A stretch of 64,000 nucleotides of DNA from an uncultured Aliarcobacter sp. (GTDB taxonomy: Bacteria > Campylobacterota > Campylobacteria > Campylobacterales > Arcobacteraceae), in contig OY781945.1 in NCBI GenBank assembly GCA_963677435.1, forward strand, positions 2,560,001-2,624,000. Direction: 5' to 3'. Shown in pieces: positions 51,504-62,349 of the stretch; position 1 is the first letter of the stretch; each line of letters opens with the position of its first letter. Under the pieces are notes generated by a model. It saw only the letters and a list, made by a program, of their open reading frames with translations, ran no database searches and was not told the DNA's origin. The position numbers and the translations under genes were made by a program.

Positions 51504-51753
51504 CTTTTACCTCCTAAATTATTTAAAAATCTTTTTAATATTATTCGTCAAAGTAATTATATGTTTTATAACTTAAAATGAAACTTAAAATATTAATTTT
51601 TCTTATATAAAATTTTTAAACAGTAGCAATAGAATAGCATTATATTAGGGCTTTGTAGCGATACATAACGATAAATGAGTATTCATTTTATCAATTTTTT
51701 TAATAAAAAAATTGATAAAATTTATTACTCATAAAGAAATTATTTTGAATAAA

Positions 51754-52914
51754 TTATAAGGGATTTGGATTGAAAATTTTATATAGTTTTCTAATAAAAA
51801 TCATCAAGAATAGACCATCTATCATACTTGCGATTATAAAAGAAAAATATTCAGATTGAGTAATCAAACCATAGTTTAAAGAAAGCATTGCAATTGCAAC
51901 CATAAAAGTTAATGGCATAGAATCACTTAATGCAAATAGAGTTGTTTGCTTAAATTTTAAGTATTTATAAAAAGATAAATATGAACTTATTAGTCTAATT
52001 ATAATTATTGAAAACATAATAAAAATAGCATGTTTCAAAATATCAAAAGTAATCATTTCAAGTTTTACAGTTGAACCTGTGTAAATAAAAAAGATAGGAA
52101 CAAAAAAACCAAATCCAAAAGATTCTATTTTTTCAAGAAGTTCATGTTTTTGGTTAAAAAACATTTTAAAAAATAATCCAGCTGTAAATGCTCCTAAAAC
52201 AACATCTATTTTTAAAACAAGCATAATTGCAACCAAAATTAATAAACTTGAGATTGAAAATCTTATGTCTTGGTTATATCTATCGTTTTGTGAATCTGGT
52301 ATTAAAAAGTTTTTTAACTCGGGAAACCACCAAAATAAAAGATATGAAATCCTTAAGCCTAAAATACTAATAGCAATTACACTGAAGATTGTTAAAATTG
52401 AAAGAAAAAATTGAATATTAAAACCATTCTCTATCCAACCACTAAATAAAGTAAGTGCTAAAATACTTATAACTTCACCAACAACACCTATTGATAAAGC
52501 TAAATTTAGCCAAGGTTCATCCTTACCGTACTCTTTTATAAGCATCATAATCATACCTAAAGAGAAAATAGGCAGAGCAACAAAGTATGTTATTCCTAAG
52601 TCAAAAAGCCAACAAACAATACCTGCAATTGAATATAAAAATACAAAATACAAAATTACATTAATAGCTAATGTTGCTTTTATGATTTTTACAAGTTTCA
52701 GATTTATTTCTAGTCCAGCTAAAAACATCAAATAAACAAAGCCAAATTTAGCTACTAGCTTAAGAATTTCATCATCATACAATAAACCAAAATATCCAGC
52801 AAACAATCCTAAAAATATTTCAACTACAACAACTGGAGTACGAGATAGTTTAGAAACACCTGGAGAAATCATAATTATGGTACAAACAGTTATAATCAAA
52901 AAGAATTTTTCCAC
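51754..52914 (-). CDS. Cation:proton antiporter (CPA2-like)
   Basis: LMFLAGLE, LGAFTAG, FFVPIFFIYTG. Confidence 0.88.
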   Translation of the reverse strand: MEKFFLIITVCTIIMISPGVSKLSRTPVVVVEIFLGLFAGYFGLLYDDEILKLVAKFGFVYLMFLAGLEINLKLVKIIKATLAINVILYFVFLYSIAGIVCWLFDLGITYFVALPIFSLGMIMMLIKEYGKDEPWLNLALSIGVVGEVISILALTLFSGWIENGFNIQFFLSILTIFSVIAISILGLRISYLLFWWFPELKNFLIPDSQNDRYNQDIRFSISSLLILVAIMLVLKIDVVLGAFTAGLFFKMFFNQKHELLEKIESFGFGFFVPIFFIYTGSTVKLEMITFDILKHAIFIMFSIIIIRLISSYLSFYKYLKFKQTTLFALSDSMPLTFMVAIAMLSLNYGLITQSEYFSFIIASMIDGLFLMIFIRKLYKIFNPNPL

Positions 52915-52959
52915 TTTTTTTCCTATAGGAATTTAATAAAATTTCAGTATTCTATAATA

Positions 52960-55020
52960 TTATTCTTGTGTTTGAGATTCGTCATCCTCTTTAATTACAA
53001 GTCCTGCTTCTCTTAAAAATGGACTAGCTACAAATGTCATCTTTTTTATTTTGTCAAATTTGGCATAAGAAAGATACAAAATATCTTTTGCTCTTGTAAC
53101 AGCTACATAAAATAGTCGTCTTTCTTCTTCTATGCTTCCACCTTTACTCATTAGCTTTCTATTCGGAAATCTTCCATCCATTAAGTCAATAACATAAACT
53201 TCTTTGAATTCTAAACCTTTACTTGCATGAATTGAAAGAAGATTTACACCATCTCCTTCACTCATTTCACTTCCACCTAAAATCATTGAGTTTATGAATT
53301 TAGAAAGGTCATTAAAATTTCTTGATATATTTTTTAAAAGCATTACTTTTCTATTTATTTTAGCAAGTGATTTTGTTTTTTGACTTGGATTTATTGTTCC
53401 ATCTTTTTGTGTTGCTCTTTTTGTAGATAAAAAATCTTTTAATTTTGAGTATGCCATAGAAGATGAAATACTTGAAACTAAAGTCTCTGGAATTTTTGTT
53501 CTTCTTAAATGTTTCATTAGCAAATAAATATCGTATAAATATTTTCCACCATCTACATTTAATTTTGGATGTTTTAAAATTGGATTTCCTAAAAAAGCCT
53601 CTTCAAAATTACAATCTTTAAACTTTGAAATAGAACCTAACTCTATAAAATCATCAAAAAGCCCCAATTGTCTATTTTTAACTTTTCCATTTTCGTAAGG
53701 ATTGTTTATATCTTCTCGTGGATGAAATAAACCTTTTAATAAATCTCCATCACCTAGTTTTATAAGTGCATCAAAAACATCTTTTGCAATTGCTTTTCCA
53801 ATACCTTTTCCATGTTCAACAACATGAATAAAAGCCATCATATCATTGTGCGTGATTTGCATAACTAAAATATCAAGTATAAATTTCACTTCAACTGAAT
53901 CAAAAAAACTCATTCCACCTTTTCGTTTTGCGGGAATTGAAAACTCTCTTAAGTTTGCTTCTATTCCATCAGCACTTGAGTTGTTTCTATAAATAATCGC
54001 TATGTCATTGTGAGGAGTTGTACTTTTAGAAATCAATTCTGAAATATATTCATATTGGGAAAAAAGTTCATTAAAAGCTAATAATTTTGGTTTGTGTTCA
54101 TTTTCAGTTCGTACAACTTCAAGTTTTTTCTCATAAACCCTTTCATTGTATTCTATAACTTTAGTGGCTAAATCTAAAATCGGTTTTGTAGAACGATAAT
54201 TTTTTCTCAAAGTAAAAACTGTTGCATCTTTATATCTATCACCAAAAGTAGAAATAATCCCAATATCTGAGCCATTAAAAGCATAAATACTTTGGTCATA
54301 ATCACCTACACAAAATAGAGATTTAGGTCTAAAAGCATCAAGAAGTCGTCCTTGAAGTGGATTTGTATCTTGATATTCATCTACTAAAATTTCTTTGAAT
54401 TCAAACTCTTTTTCTTTTAAAGTCTCTAACATAATTGTTAATAAATCATCAAAGTTTGCATACCCATATTTTGTTTTTAATTCATGAAATTCAGCAACAA
54501 CATCTTCATAAATTAAAGTATATAGTTCATGGCTTTCATTTTTTGATTTTACCCACTCACCAAACTCTTCCCCATCATTTGAATTTAAATACAAAGAGTA
54601 CATATCATATAAATATCCACCATCATAAGGATTTGCATCTTCATGTCTATCAAAAAATACTCTTTTTTCATAGATTGATTTGAATAATGTTTTTAGTTCA
54701 TTTGGTTGTTTTAGAGTTATATTTACATTTAATTCTTTTAAAAGTTTATATGAAACAGAGTGAAAAGTTCCTGCCATAATTTGTTTTGCAATATCTTTTC
54801 CAAAAAATTTAGCAACTCTCGCTACCATTTCAGCTGCTGCTTTATTTGTAAAAGTTAAAAGTAAAATTTCATTTGGTTTTACACCACTATTTATAAGTGT
54901 TGCAATTCTTCCTACAATAGTAGAAGTTTTGCCTGTTCCTGCACTAGCAATAATAAGATTATAGCCAGCAGGACAAGTAGCTGCGCTTAGTTGTTCTTGA
55001 TTTAAGTTCGATAAAGGCAT
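52960..55020 (-). CDS. UvrD/Rep-family ATP-dependent helicase
   Basis: ASAGTGKT, LTFTNKAA, VDEYQD, VGDYDQSIY, NYRS, HASKGLEF, EERRLFYVAVTRA. Confidence 0.96.
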   Translation of the reverse strand: MPLSNLNQEQLSAATCPAGYNLIIASAGTGKTSTIVGRIATLINSGVKPNEILLLTFTNKAAAEMVARVAKFFGKDIAKQIMAGTFHSVSYKLLKELNVNITLKQPNELKTLFKSIYEKRVFFDRHEDANPYDGGYLYDMYSLYLNSNDGEEFGEWVKSKNESHELYTLIYEDVVAEFHELKTKYGYANFDDLLTIMLETLKEKEFEFKEILVDEYQDTNPLQGRLLDAFRPKSLFCVGDYDQSIYAFNGSDIGIISTFGDRYKDATVFTLRKNYRSTKPILDLATKVIEYNERVYEKKLEVVRTENEHKPKLLAFNELFSQYEYISELISKSTTPHNDIAIIYRNNSSADGIEANLREFSIPAKRKGGMSFFDSVEVKFILDILVMQITHNDMMAFIHVVEHGKGIGKAIAKDVFDALIKLGDGDLLKGLFHPREDINNPYENGKVKNRQLGLFDDFIELGSISKFKDCNFEEAFLGNPILKHPKLNVDGGKYLYDIYLLMKHLRRTKIPETLVSSISSSMAYSKLKDFLSTKRATQKDGTINPSQKTKSLAKINRKVMLLKNISRNFNDLSKFINSMILGGSEMSEGDGVNLLSIHASKGLEFKEVYVIDLMDGRFPNRKLMSKGGSIEEERRLFYVAVTRAKDILYLSYAKFDKIKKMTFVASPFLREAGLVIKEDDESQTQE

Positions 55021-55100
55021 GGATTAGTTGTTTGTTGTATTTATAAAAAGTGTTATCATTTCGCAATAGTAGCATAATAGATTTAAGAAAGATTGAAAAT

Positions 55101-55217
55101 AAAAAAGGGATGTACTCTTGACATCCCTTCTTTATACAAGGAAACATAAAAATTATTTGTCTAAGAAATCTATCTTAAGCGCTTGCATAAATAAGTCGCT
55201 GCGTCAACTTATCTATG
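55101..55217 (-). ncRNA. Candidate small RNA (~115 nt)
   Basis: Extended -10 TG-A-TAAAAT at 55231-55223; 13-bp 5' hairpin whose two G-U pairs form only on the minus strand; terminator aagggatgt/acatccctt with U-tail. Confidence 0.6.
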
Positions 55218-55304
55218 AATTAATTTTATCAGCCCATAATTAACTAAAATACAATCGAGAATTAATGAATAGTTAACTTGACGCTATATTTGAAAATAAA
55301 GCTA

Positions 55305-55340
55305 AAAAAAAAGATGAAATATTTAAATTTCATCTTTTTT
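55305..55340 (-). terminator. Terminator of amtB-PII
   Basis: aaaaaagatgaaat...atttcatctttttt. Confidence 0.65.
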
Positions 55341-55363
55341 AATTTATTTTTAAAGCAAAAGCA

Positions 55364-55702
<339 letters not shown>

Positions 55703-55723
55703 TTATTCCTCTTTTAGTATATT

Positions 55724-57043
55724 TTATAGGTTAAAGCCACGTTCACCGTGTACTGATTCATCTAAACCTTGACTCTCTTTATCTTCATTTACACGCGCTC
55801 CACCAGTAAGGAATGAGGCAATATAATAAACAACGATTGTACCAATTAATGTATATGCACCTACAATTAATGCAGATTCACATTGAACTAAAATTTGACC
55901 TAATCTATCATCTGAAGCTTTAAGTGGACCATCCCATAATAAATCTTTATCATTAAGTGCAAAGATACCTGTTGCTATTGCTCCCCATAAACCAGCAAGG
56001 AAGTGAATACCAAATGCATCTAAACTATCATCATATCCAAGTTTTTTCTTAACTATAGAAACACCAAAGAATGCAACAATTGCTCCAACAATACCGATAA
56101 TTAAAGCTCCACCTACACTTACAAATCCAGCAGCAGGAGTAATAGCAACCAACCCAGCAATAGCACCAGAAGCAGCACCTAAAAGTGTTGGTTTTTTAAA
56201 TATTATAGCTTCAATTGCTAACCATGCAAGAGTTGCCACAGCAGCAGCTACAGTTGTTGTTAAAAATGCTACACCAGCGATTGCATTTGCACCAAATGCA
56301 GAACCTGCATTAAATCCATACCAACCGAACCATAAAAGACCAGCACCAACTGCTGTTAAAATAATACTTACAGGTTTCATTGCTACTTTATTATAACCAG
56401 CTCTTTTTCCAAGAAGCACAGCTAAAACTAAACCAGCAAGACCACCATTCATATGAACAACTGTTCCACCTGCGAAGTCAAGAGCACCTTCATTAAATAA
56501 GTATCCTCCACCCCAAACCATGTGTGCAATTGGTGCATAAACAACAATTGTCCAAATAGCTGCAAAAGTCATCCATGAAGAAAATTTCATTCTTTCAATA
56601 ACTGAACCAGAAGCAATTGCTACAGTAATTGCTGCAAAAGTACCTTGGAAAACTACAAATACAAATTTAGGATAAAGTTGTCCTAAATCAACACTTGCAA
56701 AATCTTTCCAACTAATGCCATTTAGCATAACATTTTCAAATCCACCTATAAATTCATTCATAGAACCATCAATAGTTCCAAATGCTATAGAAAACCCTGC
56801 GACTATCCATGCAATAAATGCAATTGCAAAAGAACCAAATACCATTGAATATGTATTTAGTATATTTTTTGATCTTGTCATTCCACCATAAAATAAAGCC
56901 AACCCAATTGGAGTCATTAACATAACTAATGCTGTTGAGATCATCATCCAAGCAGTATCACCTGAATTTATTACTGGTTCAGCTGCATCTTCTGCAAATG
57001 CTAGAACACTTAATAAGGGAATTGATAAAAGCCACTTTTTCAT
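55724..57043 (-). CDS. amtB: Ammonium transporter
   Basis: DFAGGTVVH, LWFGWYGFNAGS, DDSLDAFGIH. Confidence 0.97.
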   Translation of the reverse strand: MKKWLLSIPLLSVLAFAEDAAEPVINSGDTAWMMISTALVMLMTPIGLALFYGGMTRSKNILNTYSMVFGSFAIAFIAWIVAGFSIAFGTIDGSMNEFIGGFENVMLNGISWKDFASVDLGQLYPKFVFVVFQGTFAAITVAIASGSVIERMKFSSWMTFAAIWTIVVYAPIAHMVWGGGYLFNEGALDFAGGTVVHMNGGLAGLVLAVLLGKRAGYNKVAMKPVSIILTAVGAGLLWFGWYGFNAGSAFGANAIAGVAFLTTTVAAAVATLAWLAIEAIIFKKPTLLGAASGAIAGLVAITPAAGFVSVGGALIIGIVGAIVAFFGVSIVKKKLGYDDSLDAFGIHFLAGLWGAIATGIFALNDKDLLWDGPLKASDDRLGQILVQCESALIVGAYTLIGTIVVYYIASFLTGGARVNEDKESQGLDESVHGERGFNL

Positions 57044-57320
57044 TCATTATCCTTTGTTTTTTTATATAAAGAAATTTATCATTTTTTTTAAGAAAAAAAT
57101 ACAATACAACTGGTTAAATAATAACCAATTTCAAATGATTTATATTATTGACTAATTTTTATCGAGCAAATATGCTAAATGAGAAGATTTATCTCAATTA
57201 TTTAATATTTTAATATTATGGTTAATTTTTCAATTTAAATCTCTTCACTTATTTTAATACTATGTTATTATTAATAATCTATTTACCATTGTTACTAATT
57301 CTAAAATTTAAAGAGCTACA

Positions 57321-58361
57321 ATGAAACATATATTTTGTATTTTCATCATGATTACTTGTTTATTTGCACAACAAAGAGTTTTAAAAGTTTCTAATTTTAT
57401 TGATTATATTGATGTGGAATTATTAAAAGATTTTGCTTATAAAAATGATATAAAAATAGTATATGATATCCATGAAGTAAATGAGGATATATATACAAAA
57501 ATAAATGAAAAGAATGATTATGATTTACTCATTGTTTCCTCAAATTATGTAACTAAACTAAAAAAACTCAATAAATTAGAAAAAATAGACCCTAAGAACT
57601 TAAAAAATTATCCAAATATAAATCAAGATTTTCTACAAACTACTTTTATAAACTCTTCTGAATACACAATTCCATATTTAGGGGGAACTGTTGGTTTAAT
57701 CTATAATAAAAAACTTGTAAAAGAGCCTATAAAAGAATGGAACGATTTATGGAAAGATGAATTCAAAAATTCAATTTTATTATCAAATGAACCAGCCGAT
57801 GTAATAGCAATCACCTTAAAATCTCTAGGTTATAGTGCCAATAGTACAAATAAGCAAGAGATAAATAAAGCCAATGAAAAATTAAAAAAACTAATCCCAA
57901 ATATTAAAGATATAAGTTCAGCAAATGCAATTACATATTTTATTACAAATAATTTTGCTGTTGGAATGGCATTTAGTGGAGATGCTAAATTAATACTTGA
58001 TAATTCTAAAGATTTTGAATTTATTTATCCTAAAGAAGGTGCTTTAAAATGGGCAGATGGAATGGTTATTTTAAAAGATTCAAAAAATAAAGATTTAGCA
58101 TATAAATTTATTGATTTTATTATTGATGAAAAGAATTCAGCAAAAATAGGAAATGCAACTGGATATGCTATTTCAAGTGAAGTTTCAAAAAAATATGTGA
58201 ATGAAAAAGATTTATCAAACAATGTTACTTATCCAAATGAAAAAAATCTATTAAATTCTGAAATATTATTTGATAATGAAGATACATATATGAATATTGT
58301 AGAAAAATTTGAGAGTTTTAAAAGAGACTACTTCAAAAGTAAGGACTTAAATGAAAAATAA
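57321..58361 (+). CDS. PotD/PotF-like polyamine substrate-binding protein
   Basis: DYID, YTIPY..GTVGLIYN, WNDLW, LGYSANS, SGD, PKEGALKWAD. Confidence 0.85.
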   Translation: MKHIFCIFIMITCLFAQQRVLKVSNFIDYIDVELLKDFAYKNDIKIVYDIHEVNEDIYTKINEKNDYDLLIVSSNYVTKLKKLNKLEKIDPKNLKNYPNINQDFLQTTFINSSEYTIPYLGGTVGLIYNKKLVKEPIKEWNDLWKDEFKNSILLSNEPADVIAITLKSLGYSANSTNKQEINKANEKLKKLIPNIKDISSANAITYFITNNFAVGMAFSGDAKLILDNSKDFEFIYPKEGALKWADGMVILKDSKNKDLAYKFIDFIIDEKNSAKIGNATGYAISSEVSKKYVNEKDLSNNVTYPNEKNLLNSEILFDNEDTYMNIVEKFESFKRDYFKSKDLNEK

Positions 58362-60744
58362 TAGATATACCTTTATGGTGAGTATTTTTGTCTTATTTGG
58401 ATCTTTGACGCTTTTCCTATCATTATTTTTAATATCAAACTTTTATTTGCGAGGATTAGATCAATCCTATAAAATGTTAGAAGAAAAGAATTTTGAAATT
58501 ACCAATAATTTATCAAATACAATTATGGAATCCCTAAAAAGTATCGTTGGGCAATTAAATGTTCTATCAAAAATTACTGATAATACAAATATTATTACAA
58601 ATGAAGCGATTATTGAAAAAGTAATGTGGGAACAATTAAAATCAGATGAAAATATTGCTAGTGTTTTTTTAGCAGATGAATATGGTAATTTTTTACAAAC
58701 AAGAAGAGAACCAACTTTTGCATATAGAAGTATAAATAAAATAGACAAAAGAGATTTAGATTCTTGGTATTATAAAAATGAACACTATTTAACAACATCT
58801 ATTGTAATAAATAAATCTACCTATGACCCAAGAAAAAGAGATTGGTATAAATTTGTTGAAAGTTCTAAAATTTATTGGTCTGAACCATATATTTTTGACT
58901 CTACAAAAGAACCAGGAATTACCATATCTGTTGGAGATTTTAATGAATATAACCAAAAAATAAAAGTTGCTGCTGCTGACTTTACTTTAAATAAAATATC
59001 TAAATTATTAGAAAAAAAAGCTCATGTTTTAAATGGAAAATTAATTTTATTTAATCAGTCAAAAGATGTTATTGCAACTTCATTAAATATTGATTTAAAA
59101 AGTAGTGACAATAAACTTTTGAATCTTGATAATATGGAATCTTCTTTATATTCAAATACTTTTAAAAAAATAGAAAAAAACTTATTTACAGGTGAATTAA
59201 AAGATAAAGATGGAAAAGAATATATATATTTTGTTTCAAAACTACAAAAAAGTAGTGGACAAAACTGGTATATTGCTTCTTATGTAGAGAAAGATATTGT
59301 AACAGCTAATATTAGAAATACTCTTATAAATAGTGTCATAATTTCATTTTTTATTATAATAATTATCTATTTCCCTATTCATTATATATTGCAAAGGTTT
59401 GTTACAAAACCAATAAATGAATTAGAGGTTTTAACAAATGAAATAGCACAAAATAAATATGATAATGTAAAACCTGTAAAAACTACTATATATGAATTTC
59501 ATAAATTATCAACTTCCATTGTAAGTATGTCCAAATCAATTCAAAAATATGAAAAAGAACAAATTAATTTAATTGATTCATTTATTAAAATTTTAGCTGA
59601 AGCTATAGATTCAAAATCTGCCTATACGGGTGGACATTGTAAAAGAGTTCCTGAATTAGCCATTTCTCTTGCTAAAGTTGCATGTGAGTCGAAGCATGGT
59701 GAGTTAGCTGATTTTAATTTTAAATCTCAAGAACAATGGAGAGAGTTCAAAATAGCTGCGTGGTTACATGATTGTGGAAAAATAGTAATGCCTGAATATG
59801 TTGTAGATAAAGCAACAAAACTAGAGACCATTTACAATAGAATTCATGAAATAAGAACAAGATTTGAAGTTTTACATAGAGATGCAACTATTAAATATTA
59901 TGAACAACTAATACAAAATCCTCAAAATAAAAATCAATTAGAAGAAGAGTTAAAACAAAAATATGAAAAACTAAGTTCTGATTTTGAGTTTATTGCTAAA
60001 TGTAACATTGGTGGCGAATTTATGGAGCAATCAAGTATTGATAGATTAGAAGAAATTGCTCAAATTACATGGTTAAGAAATTTTGATAATAGATTGGGCT
60101 TATCACATGAAGAGTTAAGAAGAATCGAAAATAAAGAAGCTTTTGTTCCCGTTATTGAAAATTTACTTCAAGATAAAAATGAACAGATTATTTATAGAAT
60201 GAGAAAAATAGATTTAGATGAATACAAAAAATTTGGTTTTAAAATGGATGTTCCAAAATATGAAAGAAATTTAGGAGAGTTTTATAATCTTAGTATAAAA
60301 AAAGGAACATTAACCAATGAAGAAAGATTTAAAATCAACGAACATATAATTATGACAATTAAAATGCTTGAAAATATTCCATTTACTTCTAATCTAAAAA
60401 ATGTTCCGGAATATGCAGGTTCGCACCATGAAACAATGATAGGAACAGGATATCCAAGAAAATTAGTAAAAAATGAGATCTCAATTCCAGCTAGAATCAT
60501 GGCAATTGCTGATATTTTTGAAGCATTAACAGCAGCTGATAGACCATACAAAAAAGCAAAAACTTTAAGTGAATCAATAAAAATTATGTCATTTATGAGA
60601 GATGATGAACATATAGACAGTGATCTTTTTGAAATATTTTTAACAAGTGGCGTTTATAAAGAGTATGCAAAAAACTTCTTATTAGATGAGCAAATTGATG
60701 AAGTTGATATTAGTAAATATTTAAAAAATCAAGAGAGTGTATAA
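58351..60744 (+). CDS. Membrane Cache-HAMP-HD-GYP cyclic-dinucleotide phosphodiesterase
   Basis: TM, YDPRKRDWY/WSEPY Cache motif, TM, HAMP, GHCKRV, WLHDCGK, HHE..GTGYP, ADIFEAL, DRPYK. Confidence 0.92.
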   Translation: MKNNRYTFMVSIFVLFGSLTLFLSLFLISNFYLRGLDQSYKMLEEKNFEITNNLSNTIMESLKSIVGQLNVLSKITDNTNIITNEAIIEKVMWEQLKSDENIASVFLADEYGNFLQTRREPTFAYRSINKIDKRDLDSWYYKNEHYLTTSIVINKSTYDPRKRDWYKFVESSKIYWSEPYIFDSTKEPGITISVGDFNEYNQKIKVAAADFTLNKISKLLEKKAHVLNGKLILFNQSKDVIATSLNIDLKSSDNKLLNLDNMESSLYSNTFKKIEKNLFTGELKDKDGKEYIYFVSKLQKSSGQNWYIASYVEKDIVTANIRNTLINSVIISFFIIIIIYFPIHYILQRFVTKPINELEVLTNEIAQNKYDNVKPVKTTIYEFHKLSTSIVSMSKSIQKYEKEQINLIDSFIKILAEAIDSKSAYTGGHCKRVPELAISLAKVACESKHGELADFNFKSQEQWREFKIAAWLHDCGKIVMPEYVVDKATKLETIYNRIHEIRTRFEVLHRDATIKYYEQLIQNPQNKNQLEEELKQKYEKLSSDFEFIAKCNIGGEFMEQSSIDRLEEIAQITWLRNFDNRLGLSHEELRRIENKEAFVPVIENLLQDKNEQIIYRMRKIDLDEYKKFGFKMDVPKYERNLGEFYNLSIKKGTLTNEERFKINEHIIMTIKMLENIPFTSNLKNVPEYAGSHHETMIGTGYPRKLVKNEISIPARIMAIADIFEALTAADRPYKKAKTLSESIKIMSFMRDDEHIDSDLFEIFLTSGVYKEYAKNFLLDEQIDEVDISKYLKNQESV

Positions 60745-60776
60745 AATAGACTCTCTTGAAAACGAAGTAGATTTAA

Positions 60777-61328
60777 TTATTTGTATCTATTTGTTATTTG
60801 CTGTAAAAGTTTGTAATATCCAATTATCAAAATAATCCCAATATAGACAAACTGCAAAATACTTATAGCTTTTTGAGCCATAATCCAATGAATTGTAATT
60901 AATATTAAAGACAAATATACAAACTTGTGATATTTATTATATTTTCTAAATAATGTTTTTGTTGAAGTAATCGCCATAAATAAAATTACAAAAAAAGCAA
61001 TCATTCCAAGATATATAAATGGTTTGTCTAAAGTCTCTTTTATTACAAAATCAAAATCAAACTGAGCATCTAAAACTACAAAATTTAATAAATGTAAAAG
61101 TGCATAAAAAAAGCCTAAAAGTCCTATCTCTTTTCTATATTTCATCAAATTTATTTTGTTTTTTATCATTGAAATAGTAATAGAAAAAAGAATAATTACT
61201 GTAGCCGTTGCACCTGTTATTGTATAAATATATTTTATTGGGTCCGACACATCATCAAAAATAAATAATCTTGTTAATAAATAAATAATTGGTAAAAATG
61301 CAAATAAATAAATAAAAAATCTTTTCAT
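60777..61328 (-). CDS. msrQ: Haem-binding membrane subunit MsrQ
   Basis: RKEIGL..FFYALLH, MAITS, YHKFVY; downstream of msrP. Confidence 0.9.
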   Translation of the reverse strand: MKRFFIYLFAFLPIIYLLTRLFIFDDVSDPIKYIYTITGATATVIILFSITISMIKNKINLMKYRKEIGLLGFFYALLHLLNFVVLDAQFDFDFVIKETLDKPFIYLGMIAFFVILFMAITSTKTLFRKYNKYHKFVYLSLILITIHWIMAQKAISILQFVYIGIILIIGYYKLLQQITNRYK

Positions 61329-62287
61329 TATATAAACTTTGTTAAATCCATACCCGTATAAAGAGATGCAACCTCTTTTTCATAACCGTTAAACATTAAT
61401 GTATTTTGTTTAAAGAAACTTCCTAAAACTCTCTCTTTTTTTTGAGACCATCTTGGATGATCAACATTTGGATTTACATTTGCATAAAATCCATATTCTC
61501 TTGGATTTTGTTTTTGCCAAGTATTTAAAGGCTCTTTATCAACAAATGAGATTTTTACTATTGATTTTATAGATTTAAATCCATATTTCCAAGGAGTAAC
61601 TAATCTAATTGGCGCACCATTTTGTTTTGGCATTAAATCACCATAAAGTCCCACAGCTAAAAAAGATAAATCATTCATAGCTTCATCTATTCTAAGTCCT
61701 TCAACATAAGGATAATCCAAAGTTGCAAAAACTCCTCTATCTTGGTCAGGGAAAGAACGAGGATCAACTAAAGTTTCAAACTTCACATATTTAGCACTTG
61801 AAAGTGGTTTTACTTTTTTTATCAAAGAGCTAAGTAAAAAACCATCCCAAGGAACAACCATACTCCAACCCTCAACACATCTAAATCTATAAATTCTCTC
61901 TTCAAGTGTAAACATTTTTTTTAAATCATCTAAATCAATTTGCATTGGATTTTCAACTAATCCATCAATAGTGATTTTCCAATTATCTGTTTTTAGAGTA
62001 TGAGCCATATCCTTTACAGCACTTTGATTTGTAGTAAATTCATAAAAATTATTGTGAGATGTTATTTGTTCAAATGTATTTAATTTTAGATTATTTTTAT
62101 TTTCATCTTTTATAAAATCAAGAGTGACTTTTGGAAGATTTTCTTGTGCTAAAAGTTCCATTATCGCACCACTTGCAACCAATGAAGCAGCACCTAATTT
62201 TATAAAACTTCTTCTTGTTTCAAATAATTCTTTTGGAGTAACTTCATTTTGTGAAATTTCCCAAGATTTTTTTCTAATGATATTCAT
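61328..62287 (-). CDS. msrP: Methionine-sulfoxide reductase catalytic subunit MsrP
   Basis: Tat [35 protein letters not shown]. Confidence 0.97.
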   Translation of the reverse strand: MNIIRKKSWEISQNEVTPKELFETRRSFIKLGAASLVASGAIMELLAQENLPKVTLDFIKDENKNNLKLNTFEQITSHNNFYEFTTNQSAVKDMAHTLKTDNWKITIDGLVENPMQIDLDDLKKMFTLEERIYRFRCVEGWSMVVPWDGFLLSSLIKKVKPLSSAKYVKFETLVDPRSFPDQDRGVFATLDYPYVEGLRIDEAMNDLSFLAVGLYGDLMPKQNGAPIRLVTPWKYGFKSIKSIVKISFVDKEPLNTWQKQNPREYGFYANVNPNVDHPRWSQKKERVLGSFFKQNTLMFNGYEKEVASLYTGMDLTKFI

Positions 62288-62349
62288 AAATACCCTTTTT
62301 TTATAATTTCCATATTATAGAAATTTATTGTAAAGGGTATGTTTAGTTG

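Noticed and set aside
51675..51732. Long AT-rich inverted repeat upstream of soxC
   Set aside because: Most simply the terminator of the antiporter gene; low complexity.
54959..55147. 62-aa minus-strand ORF
   Set aside because: Runs through a terminator hairpin and overlaps the helicase start out of frame.
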